Shown in pieces: positions 1 to 8,320 of a stretch of 64,000 nucleotides of DNA (position 1 is its first letter; every line of letters starts with the position of its first letter). Below the pieces are notes generated by a model. The model was given only the letters and a program-made list of their open reading frames with translations. It was not told the DNA's origin and searched no databases. The DNA is from Candidatus Binatia bacterium. Lineage in GTDB: Bacteria; Desulfobacterota; Binatia; Bin18. Location of the stretch: contig OY761159.2 in NCBI GenBank assembly GCA_963664395.2, forward strand, positions 288,001 through 352,000, read 5' to 3'. The translations under genes and the position numbers were made by a program.

Positions 1-795
1 CGCGGGCGTGATCCACGCAGCTACGCCTTGGTTGCGTTCGGCGGAGCAGGACCGCTCCACGCCTGTTACCTGGCGGACTGGCTCGGTATGCAGCGGGTCA
101 TTATCCCGCCCAACCCAGGGGTGACTTCAGCCTATGGCCTGCTGCTGACCGATGTGCGCGTTGACCTGGTGCATACGGATGTTCAGCGTGAGGATCGCCT
201 GGACTTGAACCGTATCGCGGCCGAAATGCAGGACCTTGAACGCCGGGTGACCACCCGTCTGGAGGACGAAGGCTTGCTCGCCCAAGAGACCCGTCTCGAC
301 CATTTTGTGGACATGCGTTACGCTGGCCAAGCCTACGAGATTCGGATTCCACTCCCGCTTGATCCAGTTGATCCTGCTGATACTGCTGATCCTGCTGATA
401 CTGCAACACAGTCCATTCAAACCCGCGTTCAGCGTGCAATCGTCGCTTTTCACGCCAGCCATAAGGACCTCTACGGCTACTCCTATGCGGGCAAGGAACT
501 GGTTGAGCTGGTCAACGTTGGCGTAACAGGGCTGGGACTACTCAAACGCCCCCACGTGCCGGAAGCGCAACCAGCAGGCAAGAGCCCGCAGCACGCTCAG
601 ACGGGTCAGACCGCGGTATATTTCTCCAAAAGCAAGCTGGACGCTCCGGTGTACGACCGGTCTGCGTTGCAGACGGGCAACGAGCTGAGCGGCCCGGCAA
701 TCATCCAGCAGTACGACGCCACCACGGTTGTGGAGCCGGGTTGGAGCGGCGTGGTGGACCAATGGGGTACGCTCCGGCTTCAGCGGACTCAATAA
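1..795 (+). CDS. Hydantoinase/oxoprolinase subunit A family protein, 5'-partial
   Basis: Frame open from base 1 (RGRDPRSYALVAFGGAGPLH). Contains GVTSAYG, DMRYAGQAYE and GPAIIQQYDATTVV motifs typical of the Hydantoinase_A C-terminus. Confidence 0.9.
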   Translation, partial: RGRDPRSYALVAFGGAGPLHACYLADWLGMQRVIIPPNPGVTSAYGLLLTDVRVDLVHTDVQREDRLDLNRIAAEMQDLERRVTTRLEDEGLLAQETRLDHFVDMRYAGQAYEIRIPLPLDPVDPADTADPADTATQSIQTRVQRAIVAFHASHKDLYGYSYAGKELVELVNVGVTGLGLLKRPHVPEAQPAGKSPQHAQTGQTAVYFSKSKLDAPVYDRSALQTGNELSGPAIIQQYDATTVVEPGWSGVVDQWGTLRLQRTQ

Positions 796-839
796 AGAAG
801 TACGTTCAAAAAAGCGTGTTCCGGATACGGAGTGTCAGT

Positions 840-2861
840 ATGGCCGACCAGTTTTCGCACACCTATTATGAGAAAGCCAATGAGGAAGTAGCCTTTAAGG
901 ACTACGCACCATTTCGGTACGGAAAAGTTGAGCAAGACCCAGCTGATGTCAGCCGCATCGAGGCGTTCAGAAAAAACCTGGACCCTATCCTGGTAGACAT
1001 TGTGGACGGTGGGATTGAAGCCGCCATCATGGAAGCCGAAGCCGCAGTCGAGCGGACCGCCCGTTCGACCATTATCCGCGAACAGCACGACTACCGCGCC
1101 TCGCTCAATACGCTCGACTGTCTGTCGGTCTCGCGCGTGTCCTGGGCCGCAACCGCCGACCCGATTCGGATGAAGTTTCCGGCTGAGAACATTTATGCCG
1201 GCGACGTGTTCATCTACAACGATGTCTACGAATCAGCCGGAACGATTGGGCATTTACCCGACTATTGTGTGGTCACTCCCATTTTTTGGAACGAGCGGCT
1301 GATTGGATTTGCGCAGATTTTCGGACATGTCAATGACGTTGGCGGCCGTATGGCAGGCTCCTGGCCGAATACCTCGACCAGCATTTTTGAGGAAGGCACC
1401 ATCTGTCCGCCCGTCAAGTTGTACGAAAAGGGTCAGCTCAACGAGGGGCTGTACGATATCCTGCTGCGCAACAGTCGTTTCCCTGAAGACCTGCGTGGCG
1501 ACATTGATGCCTTTGTGGGCGCGAATGAGGTCATCCGCCGCCGGGTGACGGAATTATGCGATCGTTTTGGCGGCAACGAGGTGGAAGCCGCGTTTTACGA
1601 AATTCTCGACCGCTGCGCTGAGGTCGTGCGCGAGAAAGGCCTGCCCCTTTTCCCTGAGGGGGAATTCACGGGCGAGGATTTTATTGAGAACGACGGCCTG
1701 ACACTGGACAAGCCGGTCAAGCTCCAGCTCATCATGCGCAAGTATGCGGACAAGATGATTCTGGATTTCGAGGGCACCAGTCCCCAAGCCAAGGGGCCCA
1801 TCAACTGGCCGGTCGATGGCCGCCATTACTCCAAATGGCTCGGCGCATTTTTCAAGGCGCAGATTCCCGGCATCATCATTAACGAAGGCGTGACCCAGGT
1901 TTTTCGGTGTCGTGTTCCACAAGGGACAATTCTGAGCCCGGAGTTTCCGGCTCCGGTGGTGAGTCGCATGACCTGTATGTTGCGCATGATTAGTGCCTAC
2001 ACAGTCGCCCTGGCCAAAGCCTTTGACGGGGAAGTGGTGGCCGACATGCAGAACATCCAAATCTACGGCCTGTACGGACAGGACTTTGAAGGCAACCTCT
2101 TTCTGATGCGTGAAATTTTTGGTGCGGGTTCGGGCGCACGGCCGTATGCAGACGGAACCGACGCCGTGGACTTGGTGCCCTACTCCAAAAACCTGCCGGC
2201 GGAATTCATTGAACAGCGCTTCCCGGTTGAAGTCCGCCGCGTTGGTCTGGCGACCGATTCGGGCGGGGCCGGGAAATATCGTGGCGGGCTGGGGTATGAG
2301 AAAGAGATTCGGACGCTGGTCAATGGCCATTATCTGACGGTCACGGAGCGGACCGCCTTTGCCTGCACGGGGATCAAAGGCGGCAAGTGGGGCGCGCCGA
2401 GTTCGTCCATCAAGAACCCAGGCACCCCGGAAGAAGAGCACGTCTACTTCAGCCGGGATGCCATTCCGGTCAAAGCGGGCGATATTATTCGCCTCACCAC
2501 CCCAGGCGGCGGCGGTTGGGGCGACCCCTTGGAGCGCGACATCGAAGCTGTTCGTATGGATGTGGTCCGCAGGCTCGTCTCGCCCGAGCGGGCCGAGCGG
2601 GATTATGGGGTCGTCCTGGACCCGGTCACGAATGCAGTCGATCAATCGGCCACAGCCCAACTCCGTAAACAACGGGCCGAAGAACGCGGCCCGGTCAAAC
2701 TGATCGATCGCGGACCGTATGCCGAGACCTTAATCAAAAAGGGCTTGCTGGACGTATCCGACCCGGAGCTTGAGTGCCTCGACTGCGCCGACGATGCGGT
2801 GCTGGATCACTATTGGAAGGATTTATACAAGTACACGCCCCGGCCGGCAGGGGGAGTGTAA
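840..2861 (+). CDS. Hydantoinase B/oxoprolinase family protein
   Basis: Motifs NDVY..GHLPD, HVNDVGG, GGAGKYRGG and TPGGGGWGDPLER. ATG at 840 follows a GGAG SD, downstream of subunit A. Confidence 0.9.
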   Translation: MADQFSHTYYEKANEEVAFKDYAPFRYGKVEQDPADVSRIEAFRKNLDPILVDIVDGGIEAAIMEAEAAVERTARSTIIREQHDYRASLNTLDCLSVSRVSWAATADPIRMKFPAENIYAGDVFIYNDVYESAGTIGHLPDYCVVTPIFWNERLIGFAQIFGHVNDVGGRMAGSWPNTSTSIFEEGTICPPVKLYEKGQLNEGLYDILLRNSRFPEDLRGDIDAFVGANEVIRRRVTELCDRFGGNEVEAAFYEILDRCAEVVREKGLPLFPEGEFTGEDFIENDGLTLDKPVKLQLIMRKYADKMILDFEGTSPQAKGPINWPVDGRHYSKWLGAFFKAQIPGIIINEGVTQVFRCRVPQGTILSPEFPAPVVSRMTCMLRMISAYTVALAKAFDGEVVADMQNIQIYGLYGQDFEGNLFLMREIFGAGSGARPYADGTDAVDLVPYSKNLPAEFIEQRFPVEVRRVGLATDSGGAGKYRGGLGYEKEIRTLVNGHYLTVTERTAFACTGIKGGKWGAPSSSIKNPGTPEEEHVYFSRDAIPVKAGDIIRLTTPGGGGWGDPLERDIEAVRMDVVRRLVSPERAERDYGVVLDPVTNAVDQSATAQLRKQRAEERGPVKLIDRGPYAETLIKKGLLDVSDPELECLDCADDAVLDHYWKDLYKYTPRPAGGV

Positions 2862-2864
2862 TGT

Positions 2865-2899
2865 CTGCTCCCTCTCCCTCCAGGGGAGAGGGCTGGGGA
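2865..2899. repeat. REP-like hairpin (CCCTCTCCC..GGGAGAGGG family), truncated on its right side
   Basis: ctgctccctctccctccaggggagagggctgggga. A related, more complete copy lies in reverse orientation at 17199-17240. Confidence 0.7.
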
Positions 2900-2901
2900 A
2901 A

Positions 2902-2920
2902 TTCAAACTGAGACCCTGCC
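2902..2920. repeat. Island-boundary motif copy 1 (TTCAAACTGAGACCCTGCC)
   Basis: 17/19 identical to 10262-10280, same orientation. Confidence 0.7.
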
Positions 2921-2922
2921 GG

Positions 2923-2997
2923 CTATTCCTCATGCTGGCGAAGAATCTTCGCGTCTAGCAAGCCTTGTAACATTTCTTTGTAATCTTCGTTGAGCAT
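2923..2997 (-). pseudogene. N-terminal remnant of a nucleotidyltransferase-like TA partner
   Basis: Reads MLNEDYKEMLQGLLDAKILRQHEE* and overlaps the upstream 71-aa gene. The MLNxD(Y/F)xEML start resembles the NTase genes I recall following this small-protein family. Homology appears to stop after ~17 codons. Confidence 0.5.
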
Positions 2998-3145
2998 CAG
3001 CCGGTCTCATGAAGGCCCACGTCTCGCGGGTAATCGGCCAAACGAGAGCGATTCGGGTCGCGGGGTCGCCTTTGACATACCCGTCATTGTCAGCTTCCAG
3101 GCGTGTCAGACGTGTGACCGAACGGTCTAGTTTTGTCGTTTCCAT
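2930..3145 (-). CDS. Small hypothetical protein, probable partner of a nucleotidyltransferase-type TA pair
   Basis: 71 aa with RIALVWPITRETWAFM...RRLQRNVTRL, a pattern I recognise from small genes preceding NTase genes. Confidence 0.55.
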   Translation of the reverse strand: METTKLDRSVTRLTRLEADNDGYVKGDPATRIALVWPITRETWAFMRPADAQRRLQRNVTRLARREDSSPA

Positions 3146-3150
3146 CGTCT

Positions 3151-3708
3151 TTAGCGGTGCGTCTCTTTGAATTTCTTACCGTTGACCTTGCCTTTGTGTC
3201 TGACCGCACCACCGGGGAACACTTCGATTGTACCCTTATGGCGGTTGCCGAGACTGTCTTTGTATTTGTAGGTGTGGCGGCTGTAATCACCCACGCTAAA
3301 GCTGTTGCTGTGCGACTTGTACGTGTAGTCCGGCAATGACGGACTCGGGTGCGGACTGCGGTATTTGCCCTTGGTTACGGTCGTCCCGCCGGGGAGCACC
3401 TGGGTCTTGCTCTTGTAGCGGTTGCCGAGGCTGTCTTTGTATTTGTAGGTGTGGCGGCTGTAATCGCCTACGCTGAAGCTCTTGCTGTGCGACTTGTACG
3501 TGTAGTCCGGCAATGACGGGCTTGTATACGACGGGCTACGGGAGGGACTGGAATACGGACTCGAGTACGATGGACTACTGCGGGGACTGGAATACGGTCG
3601 GCTGTACGGGTCAGCGAACACTGACTCGGGAACGATTGGAACGAGCGCGAATGCAGCGACAAGAAGTATCCGCGTCACGGTTTTCATGCTGTCCGGGATG
3701 ATGTTCAT
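3151..3708 (-). CDS. Secreted Ser/Pro/Tyr-rich basic hypothetical protein with internal duplication
   Basis: Signal-peptide-like N-terminus, GAGGAGGGG SD, and two copies of PSLPDYTYKSHSxSFSVGDYSRHTYKYKDSLGNR. Confidence 0.65.
   Translation of the reverse strand: MNIIPDSMKTVTRILLVAAFALVPIVPESVFADPYSRPYSSPRSSPSYSSPYSSPSRSPSYTSPSLPDYTYKSHSKSFSVGDYSRHTYKYKDSLGNRYKSKTQVLPGGTTVTKGKYRSPHPSPSLPDYTYKSHSNSFSVGDYSRHTYKYKDSLGNRHKGTIEVFPGGAVRHKGKVNGKKFKETHR
3241..3519. repeat. ~102-bp intragenic direct repeat (3241-3342 and 3418-3519), 177-bp period
   Basis: Near-identical blocks, in frame. Confidence 0.85.
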
Positions 3709-4018
3709 CGCGTTCCCCTCCTCTCTTAGCCGTAGGTCGGATTAGCGCAGCGTAATCCGACATCTTCCGAACACTCACCTGATTCACGCTCTTCCACGCG
3801 GCAAAGTCAAGCATTTCGAGGGTAATGCCTCGCTCCCATTCTGCATGAGCTTGGCTCAGCAGTGCCTCATTCACCTCTGCGGAAACGTATTCTTCTCCAC
3901 AATTGTTGCAGATTTGGGCCGGGACTTTCTTGAACACAACCGTTGTCTGGTCGCGTTCCAAGACGATAGTAGCGTATCCGCCTGTGGTCGTCCCGTTCTG
4001 ACAGATCGCGCATTTCAT
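3611..4018 (-). CDS. YgiT/MqsA-type zinc-finger antitoxin, copy 1 (native stop at 3794-3796 changed TAG>TGG, giving a read-through extension)
   Basis: CAIC...VPAQICNNCGEEY zinc finger. The paralog at 8785-9009 stops at the equivalent codon. Confidence 0.8.
   Translation of the reverse strand: MKCAICQNGTTTGGYATIVLERDQTTVVFKKVPAQICNNCGEEYVSAEVNEALLSQAHAEWERGITLEMLDFAAWKSVNQVSVRKMSDYAALIRPTAKRGGERDEHHPGQHENRDADTSCRCIRARSNRSRVSVR
3732..3761 (+). repeat. GTAG-type REP element
   Basis: GTAG-GTCGGATTA-GCGCAGCG-TAATCCGAC: GTAG tetranucleotide followed by a 9-bp stem. Confidence 0.8.
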
Positions 4019-4065
4019 ATGATCCGCCGTGAAAAATTATTCATCCACTGAAGAATATCCGGTTC
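4015..4065 (-). pseudogene. 3' remnant of a DUF4258-family toxin
   Basis: Reads EPDILQWMNNFSRRII* with an ATGA overlap into the antitoxin. Matches the C-terminus of the longer remnant at 9006-9159. Confidence 0.65.
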
Positions 4066-4079
4066 AGACCCCTCTACTG

Positions 4080-4904
4080 TTAATCCGGGCTATTTGCGAT
4101 CCGATAGCCTTTGTCGGTAACGCGGAAAATTTCTCCCGTCCTCTCACCAAAGTCCTTAATTAGATCTAAGTTGTTCAGTTCATCAACAGCACTCCTCCAT
4201 CTTGCAACAGACCTTGAGTCTCCAGACTCTGCAAATTGCCTTCCGTTGGTCTGAACTTGGTTACTGATCCTGCAAATTACGCCCTGCGGAGTTTGAATCG
4301 CCGCAAGTAAAAGTTCCCGCGCGGGGTCGGACAAGGAAGAAGCTACTTCCTGTTCTGGAGACTGACTGATACCACTGGAGTCTGCTGAGGGATTCGCAAA
4401 ATGGTGAATCACTGTTTGAGCGAGTTGTCTCAAAAACTTATCCTTGAACTGCTCAGGAGTCTCGTACTCCTCAATAAGCCCTTTTTGTTTACAGGACTCT
4501 TTGAATGCCTTGAGGGCAGAGTACTGCCCATTGTCAATACTGTCAGGATGAACAGGTGCTGAGGAGAAATAGATCATTGCTGGTTTATCGGCGTTGAGGT
4601 GCTTTTCAATCTCCTCAACGGTCCCGCTCGGGGCAACTCCGGTGGGGCTACCAAGGCGGGTCCAGAAAACTGCAACGAGAAGGTCAGCATCATACAACAA
4701 TTGCCTATTGATGATCTCTTGCGGCCTGTCCCTCATTTCGGGCGAGGTGTGGGTCTCCCAGCTAAGAGGTAGCAAAACAACACTGCGATCCCTCGCATGG
4801 GTCGCGTTCCAATCGCTAATCACGTCTCGGATGATATTACGCTCTTTAGAGACATCGCTGGGCGAGGCGATCATGATTTCTATAACGGTTGCCGTGTATC
4901 CCAC
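4080..4904 (-). CDS. DUF4062 domain protein
   Basis: IMIASPSDVSKER...WETH...RPQEIINRQL..ADLLVAVFWTRLGSPTG..SGTVEEIE. GTG start at 4904 after GGAGG. Confidence 0.8.
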   Translation of the reverse strand: MGYTATVIEIMIASPSDVSKERNIIRDVISDWNATHARDRSVVLLPLSWETHTSPEMRDRPQEIINRQLLYDADLLVAVFWTRLGSPTGVAPSGTVEEIEKHLNADKPAMIYFSSAPVHPDSIDNGQYSALKAFKESCKQKGLIEEYETPEQFKDKFLRQLAQTVIHHFANPSADSSGISQSPEQEVASSLSDPARELLLAAIQTPQGVICRISNQVQTNGRQFAESGDSRSVARWRSAVDELNNLDLIKDFGERTGEIFRVTDKGYRIANSPD

Positions 4905-4941
4905 TCGGATAACCTCCAAGGAACAATTAACCAAAAGCCAA

Positions 4942-5898
4942 TCAACTTCCCTTTGGCAATAAAAAGATCAACTTGGGTTCCTCACTATCACCAGCATCCT
5001 TCCATTCTTCCCAGGAAAGCCCGCTTCGCTGTACGAAATCAATCTCTTGCTGATAGCCCGCTATTTGAGATGTCGTATTCGGGATCAATTCCTTGATCTC
5101 TTTCAGCATACACTTGGTCTCTCTCGGCATCTGCATCAGTGGGATTGGATTTTCGTCGAAATGTTGAAGGGGATACAAATACGATTCGCGGATTTCTTCG
5201 TTTTCCTTGCGCATCCTCTGCACGCTTTGTACCGCTAGATTATTCTCGTTCAGAAATAATTCACACTGCACGAGGGCAATACGACTACACGCCCATGTTC
5301 GATAGCTGAGGTCAAAAAGATCAGGTCTTGATAAATATTTTTTCGTAGTAATCAATTCATCCAAAAAGGACTTTGAGCGGTTTGCCGATTCAATCAACCT
5401 GTTCCTGGCGTCAGTCAGTCCTTGCCGTCGAAGGTCCATGGAGGAGGCGAGGACGGCTGTGCTGGCTATTTCAAGGGCGGCTTTCATTTTTCCGACCATT
5501 TCCAGGTCTTGCTTCCGTGAAATCCATTGCACCTCAACAAGAACCTCGTCCAGTTTCTTGTGAATCTCTTGAAGGCCGGCCTGTATCTTATTCAGCTTTG
5601 AGATGACAACGGCAAAACCAATTGCACTGACTCCGAGGTTTAATATTTGCATACCCAAGGCCGCCGTGGACAAAGAACGAAGGCTCGCTAGCTGGGACGA
5701 CAGCAAGGGCGAAGACGGGAGATTCCCCTTTGCTAGTTCTTGCGAAAGTCCACTTGACTCACGCAAAAATGTGACGATCTCACCACTGCCGTTTCTGACG
5801 ACTCCGCCTTCACGGGTGAATGTTCCATCTGTCAGCCCTTTTTTGATCCAGTCTGGCAGTTTTAATGTAACGTCAACAAAATCATAGATACTGCTCAT
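4942..5898 (-). CDS. Hypothetical 318-aa protein with a hydrophobic hairpin and coiled coil
   Basis: Intact ORF with an ATGA overlap with the upstream gene. Hydrophobic segment ALGMQILNLGVSAIGFAVVI is followed by heptad-like KLNKIQAGLQEIHKKL. Confidence 0.75.
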   Translation of the reverse strand: MSSIYDFVDVTLKLPDWIKKGLTDGTFTREGGVVRNGSGEIVTFLRESSGLSQELAKGNLPSSPLLSSQLASLRSLSTAALGMQILNLGVSAIGFAVVISKLNKIQAGLQEIHKKLDEVLVEVQWISRKQDLEMVGKMKAALEIASTAVLASSMDLRRQGLTDARNRLIESANRSKSFLDELITTKKYLSRPDLFDLSYRTWACSRIALVQCELFLNENNLAVQSVQRMRKENEEIRESYLYPLQHFDENPIPLMQMPRETKCMLKEIKELIPNTTSQIAGYQQEIDFVQRSGLSWEEWKDAGDSEEPKLIFLLPKGS

Positions 5899-6923
5899 TC
5901 GCCGTCTCCGAAGTCCTCGCGAGCCTGTATCTTCTTACGGAGATAGGCCACATGACAGACGCAAGGGATGGTCACTCGATATGCCGGTCCAGCAATGCTA
6001 ATCGCCGTCCATATCCCCGTTATTACCCAACCGATAGGCCCAGCAAGGATAGTGACAACTCTTCCACCTATTCCGCCTATCACGCGGCCCAATACCATTT
6101 TTGCTATACCATTAGCCACCGTTGCCGCCATTAGAAGAGCCAGAGGAGAGCCAGCACTAAAATCCAAATTATCGCCCCCTTCTTTCTTGAAAGCTTTAAA
6201 GACTTCCTCTTTCTCTTTATCGCCCATCCCCTTTAAGCTCCGCTTGACTATCTCCTTTATAATTTTCATCTCAACTCGTTCAACCGAGTCATAATATTCG
6301 TCATCCACTCCCAGTTTGTTCGCTACGTCTTGCACAATCTCTTTATAGGGTGGTCCTTCACCTGGAAGAAATGGAAGGATAGGTGCAAGAATGATAGGCG
6401 GGCAACCGCGGTATTTATTGACAATAGTATTTCCCCCAAAAAGTCTTAGGTGGTGAGCCATTTCCTCGACGTATTTGGAGTGGTCAGGATAGTATTTTTG
6501 ATATTTTGCTTCCTTGGAAAGCCTCCCTGTAACGGGCTTTGTCAAATATGATACCAATGGTCCTAAATCTTCGTTTGACGATTCTCGCAATACGCGAATA
6601 AGTTCCATGTCAGTATTCCTTAGCTGATGAATGATTGGTTGTTCTAACCCTGGCGAATCCGGGCGAATCCGTCGGTATCGTTTGCCGCACGTCACGACTT
6701 GACCATCAGCCACAACTACGTAGTCACGCCAATGCCCCTCAAGTCGTCGAGAAACGTCCTGCCTCTTGGAGTGAAGAACGCGCCGCCGGCCACGCTTGCC
6801 GAAGTAGAATATTTCGCCACTACGACCGGCAGGTGTCCGCTCGCCATAGTCAAGAAGTAAATTCACGACGCTTGACGATATGGCGCGCTGTTGCATGCGG
6901 ACTATGGCGTGAGCCGTGTACAT
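5895..6923 (-). CDS. DUF4258-like small domain fused in frame to a YaaW/DUF3944 (UPF0174) protein; an internal start at 6608 is possible
   Basis: N-terminal YTAHAIVRMQQRAI...YVVVADGQVVTCG. C-terminal FGGNTIVNKYRG, YKEIVQDVANKLGV and AGPIGWVITGIWT..AGPAYRVTIPCV, typical of YaaW. Confidence 0.75.
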   Translation of the reverse strand: MYTAHAIVRMQQRAISSSVVNLLLDYGERTPAGRSGEIFYFGKRGRRRVLHSKRQDVSRRLEGHWRDYVVVADGQVVTCGKRYRRIRPDSPGLEQPIIHQLRNTDMELIRVLRESSNEDLGPLVSYLTKPVTGRLSKEAKYQKYYPDHSKYVEEMAHHLRLFGGNTIVNKYRGCPPIILAPILPFLPGEGPPYKEIVQDVANKLGVDDEYYDSVERVEMKIIKEIVKRSLKGMGDKEKEEVFKAFKKEGGDNLDFSAGSPLALLMAATVANGIAKMVLGRVIGGIGGRVVTILAGPIGWVITGIWTAISIAGPAYRVTIPCVCHVAYLRKKIQAREDFGDGE

Positions 6924-6937
6924 ACTCCCTCCTTAGG

Positions 6938-7354
6938 TTACTCTTCATCAGAGTCTTCGTCTTCTCCGTCGGAGCCAGACAGGAGCCAGCCGAGGCCGGC
7001 TGCGGCTATTACTCCGAGGAGTCCGAAGCTTAACAGACTAGCACCGGACACTAATCTACTGACGGTAGTACCAGCCACAATCCCAAGGCCAGCCGGACTG
7101 ATAAGTTTTTTCAGAATTTCCTCAGCTTTTGAGTTCCCAGCTCTTGCTTCACGAGCGGTTCGGTACAACAGATCAATAAGGTCTGCTTGCTTCCCTCTTG
7201 GCTGCGCTTCGTCATTGAGCCAACGAAATATCGAAGACTGCGCTACGCCGAAAATCCTGGCTAAGTGGGCTGGTCCAGATTCCAGACCGAGCTTCGAGAG
7301 TGTCTTTTGGATGACTTCCAGCTTCGCCTTTACCGACGCTTGTCTTTTTTCCAT
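6938..7354 (-). CDS. HTH protein with C-terminal glycine-rich transmembrane segment and acidic tail
   Basis: HLARIFGVAQSSIFRWL helix-turn-helix, then LLSFGLLGVIAAAGLGWLL, ending DGEDEDSDEE. Confidence 0.75.
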   Translation of the reverse strand: MEKRQASVKAKLEVIQKTLSKLGLESGPAHLARIFGVAQSSIFRWLNDEAQPRGKQADLIDLLYRTAREARAGNSKAEEILKKLISPAGLGIVAGTTVSRLVSGASLLSFGLLGVIAAAGLGWLLSGSDGEDEDSDEE

Positions 7355-7390
7355 ACCTTTCTTATACTCCCAAAGGTAGCTATCAATGGG

Positions 7391-7419
7391 AGCATAGAAA
7401 GCTGTATCTTTCTTGTCAA
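7391..7419 (-). promoter_or_regulatory. Sigma70-type promoter with an operator-like inverted repeat in the spacer
   Basis: Minus strand TTGACA-N17-TATGCT. AGAAAG-N6-CTTTCT palindrome at 7396-7413. Confidence 0.65.
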
Positions 7420-7549
7420 TGCCCTAAATGTTTTGCAGCAAAGTGAGCAGGCATCAGTCCGGGACGGACCGGCTCGGAGAAGGATGGTGGAGGTAGGGCC
7501 GCAGTGCGGCTCATTACGGAGGAGCTAAGAATGTCAGATGTACCGGTCT

Positions 7550-8149
7550 TTATAGATTGGTTAGCTCGGCGATGGCGTCCTTGATGATTTTGGTTTCTCT
7601 CGTTTTATCTAGGTCGAGCGTGAGCCACCCGTTATACCTCTTCATGACCTGACCACTCCATGACTGGCCCATTGCGTTGTGACACACAGCAACGAGGTCT
7701 TCGTAGAACGCTGTGGTATCGAAACGAATGACATCCATCCCATGGACATTGGGAAACAGCTTCAGATGGTCCGTCTGGCCAGACCAACTAACCCACCATC
7801 CTACTTCTCTCTTCCCTATAACCAGCGTCCGCAGTTCATCTGTATGAGTTAATGAATGCCGAAACAGGAGAGCCAGGGTAGCGGCCTTCCCCTGATACCC
7901 AGATCGCACCGTCTCAAACTCATTTTCGAGTACAGATTGCAGATTCTGCGCCGTTTTATCGTTGCGATAGATCAAGTCTCCCACCGCTTCGGCAATTGGA
8001 AACGTCATACGCAGGAGCGCCCAAAAAGGTAAAAATACTTCTTTCTTACCCTTCGAAATGAGCTTGAGTATCGTCCCAACGTCGCCTTCAAGACGGAGGA
8101 GTATTTGACGAAACGCTTGCTCGTCCGATTTGACTTCGCCAGGACGCAT
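7550..8149 (-). CDS. Hypothetical 199-aa protein with an RxxxxH motif (possible HEPN-like RNase)
   Basis: Own ATG (8149) after AGGAGG, and motif FRHSLTH. Also in frame with the upstream antitoxin stub. Confidence 0.6.
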   Translation of the reverse strand: MRPGEVKSDEQAFRQILLRLEGDVGTILKLISKGKKEVFLPFWALLRMTFPIAEAVGDLIYRNDKTAQNLQSVLENEFETVRSGYQGKAATLALLFRHSLTHTDELRTLVIGKREVGWWVSWSGQTDHLKLFPNVHGMDVIRFDTTAFYEDLVAVCHNAMGQSWSGQVMKRYNGWLTLDLDKTRETKIIKDAIAELTNL

Positions 8150-8209
8150 AGCGTTTTTCCTCCTGATCCTTCGTTCCACCAACTCCCTTTCTATACATTT
8201 ATCATCTGC

Positions 8210-8320
8210 AACTTTGGCCTCGTCCCCCTTAAAAATGAACTGATCCGGTGAGGGTAAAAAGTCATCCACGACCTGGATATCACCCAGGGGCTCATCCGTG
8301 TATATGATTTTCTTCTTCAT
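8210..8320 (-). pseudogene. Truncated BrnA/CopG-type antitoxin (N-terminal ~37 aa)
   Basis: MKKKIIYTDEPLGDIQVVDDFLPSPDQFIFKGDEAKV overlaps the brnT end. The expected ribbon-helix-helix C-terminus is missing. Confidence 0.7.

Larger units (their letters stand above)
3729..4065. repeat. Duplicated module copy 1 (REP + YgiT-type antitoxin + toxin 3' end)
   Basis: Highly similar to 8727-9056, with a 7-nt indel and scattered substitutions. Confidence 0.9.

Noticed and set aside
1554-2672. Long antisense ORFs (also 11524-12555, 43073-43753, 58787-59740)
   Set aside because: They overlap well-supported genes on the opposite strand, lack motifs, and are expected in GC-rich coding DNA.
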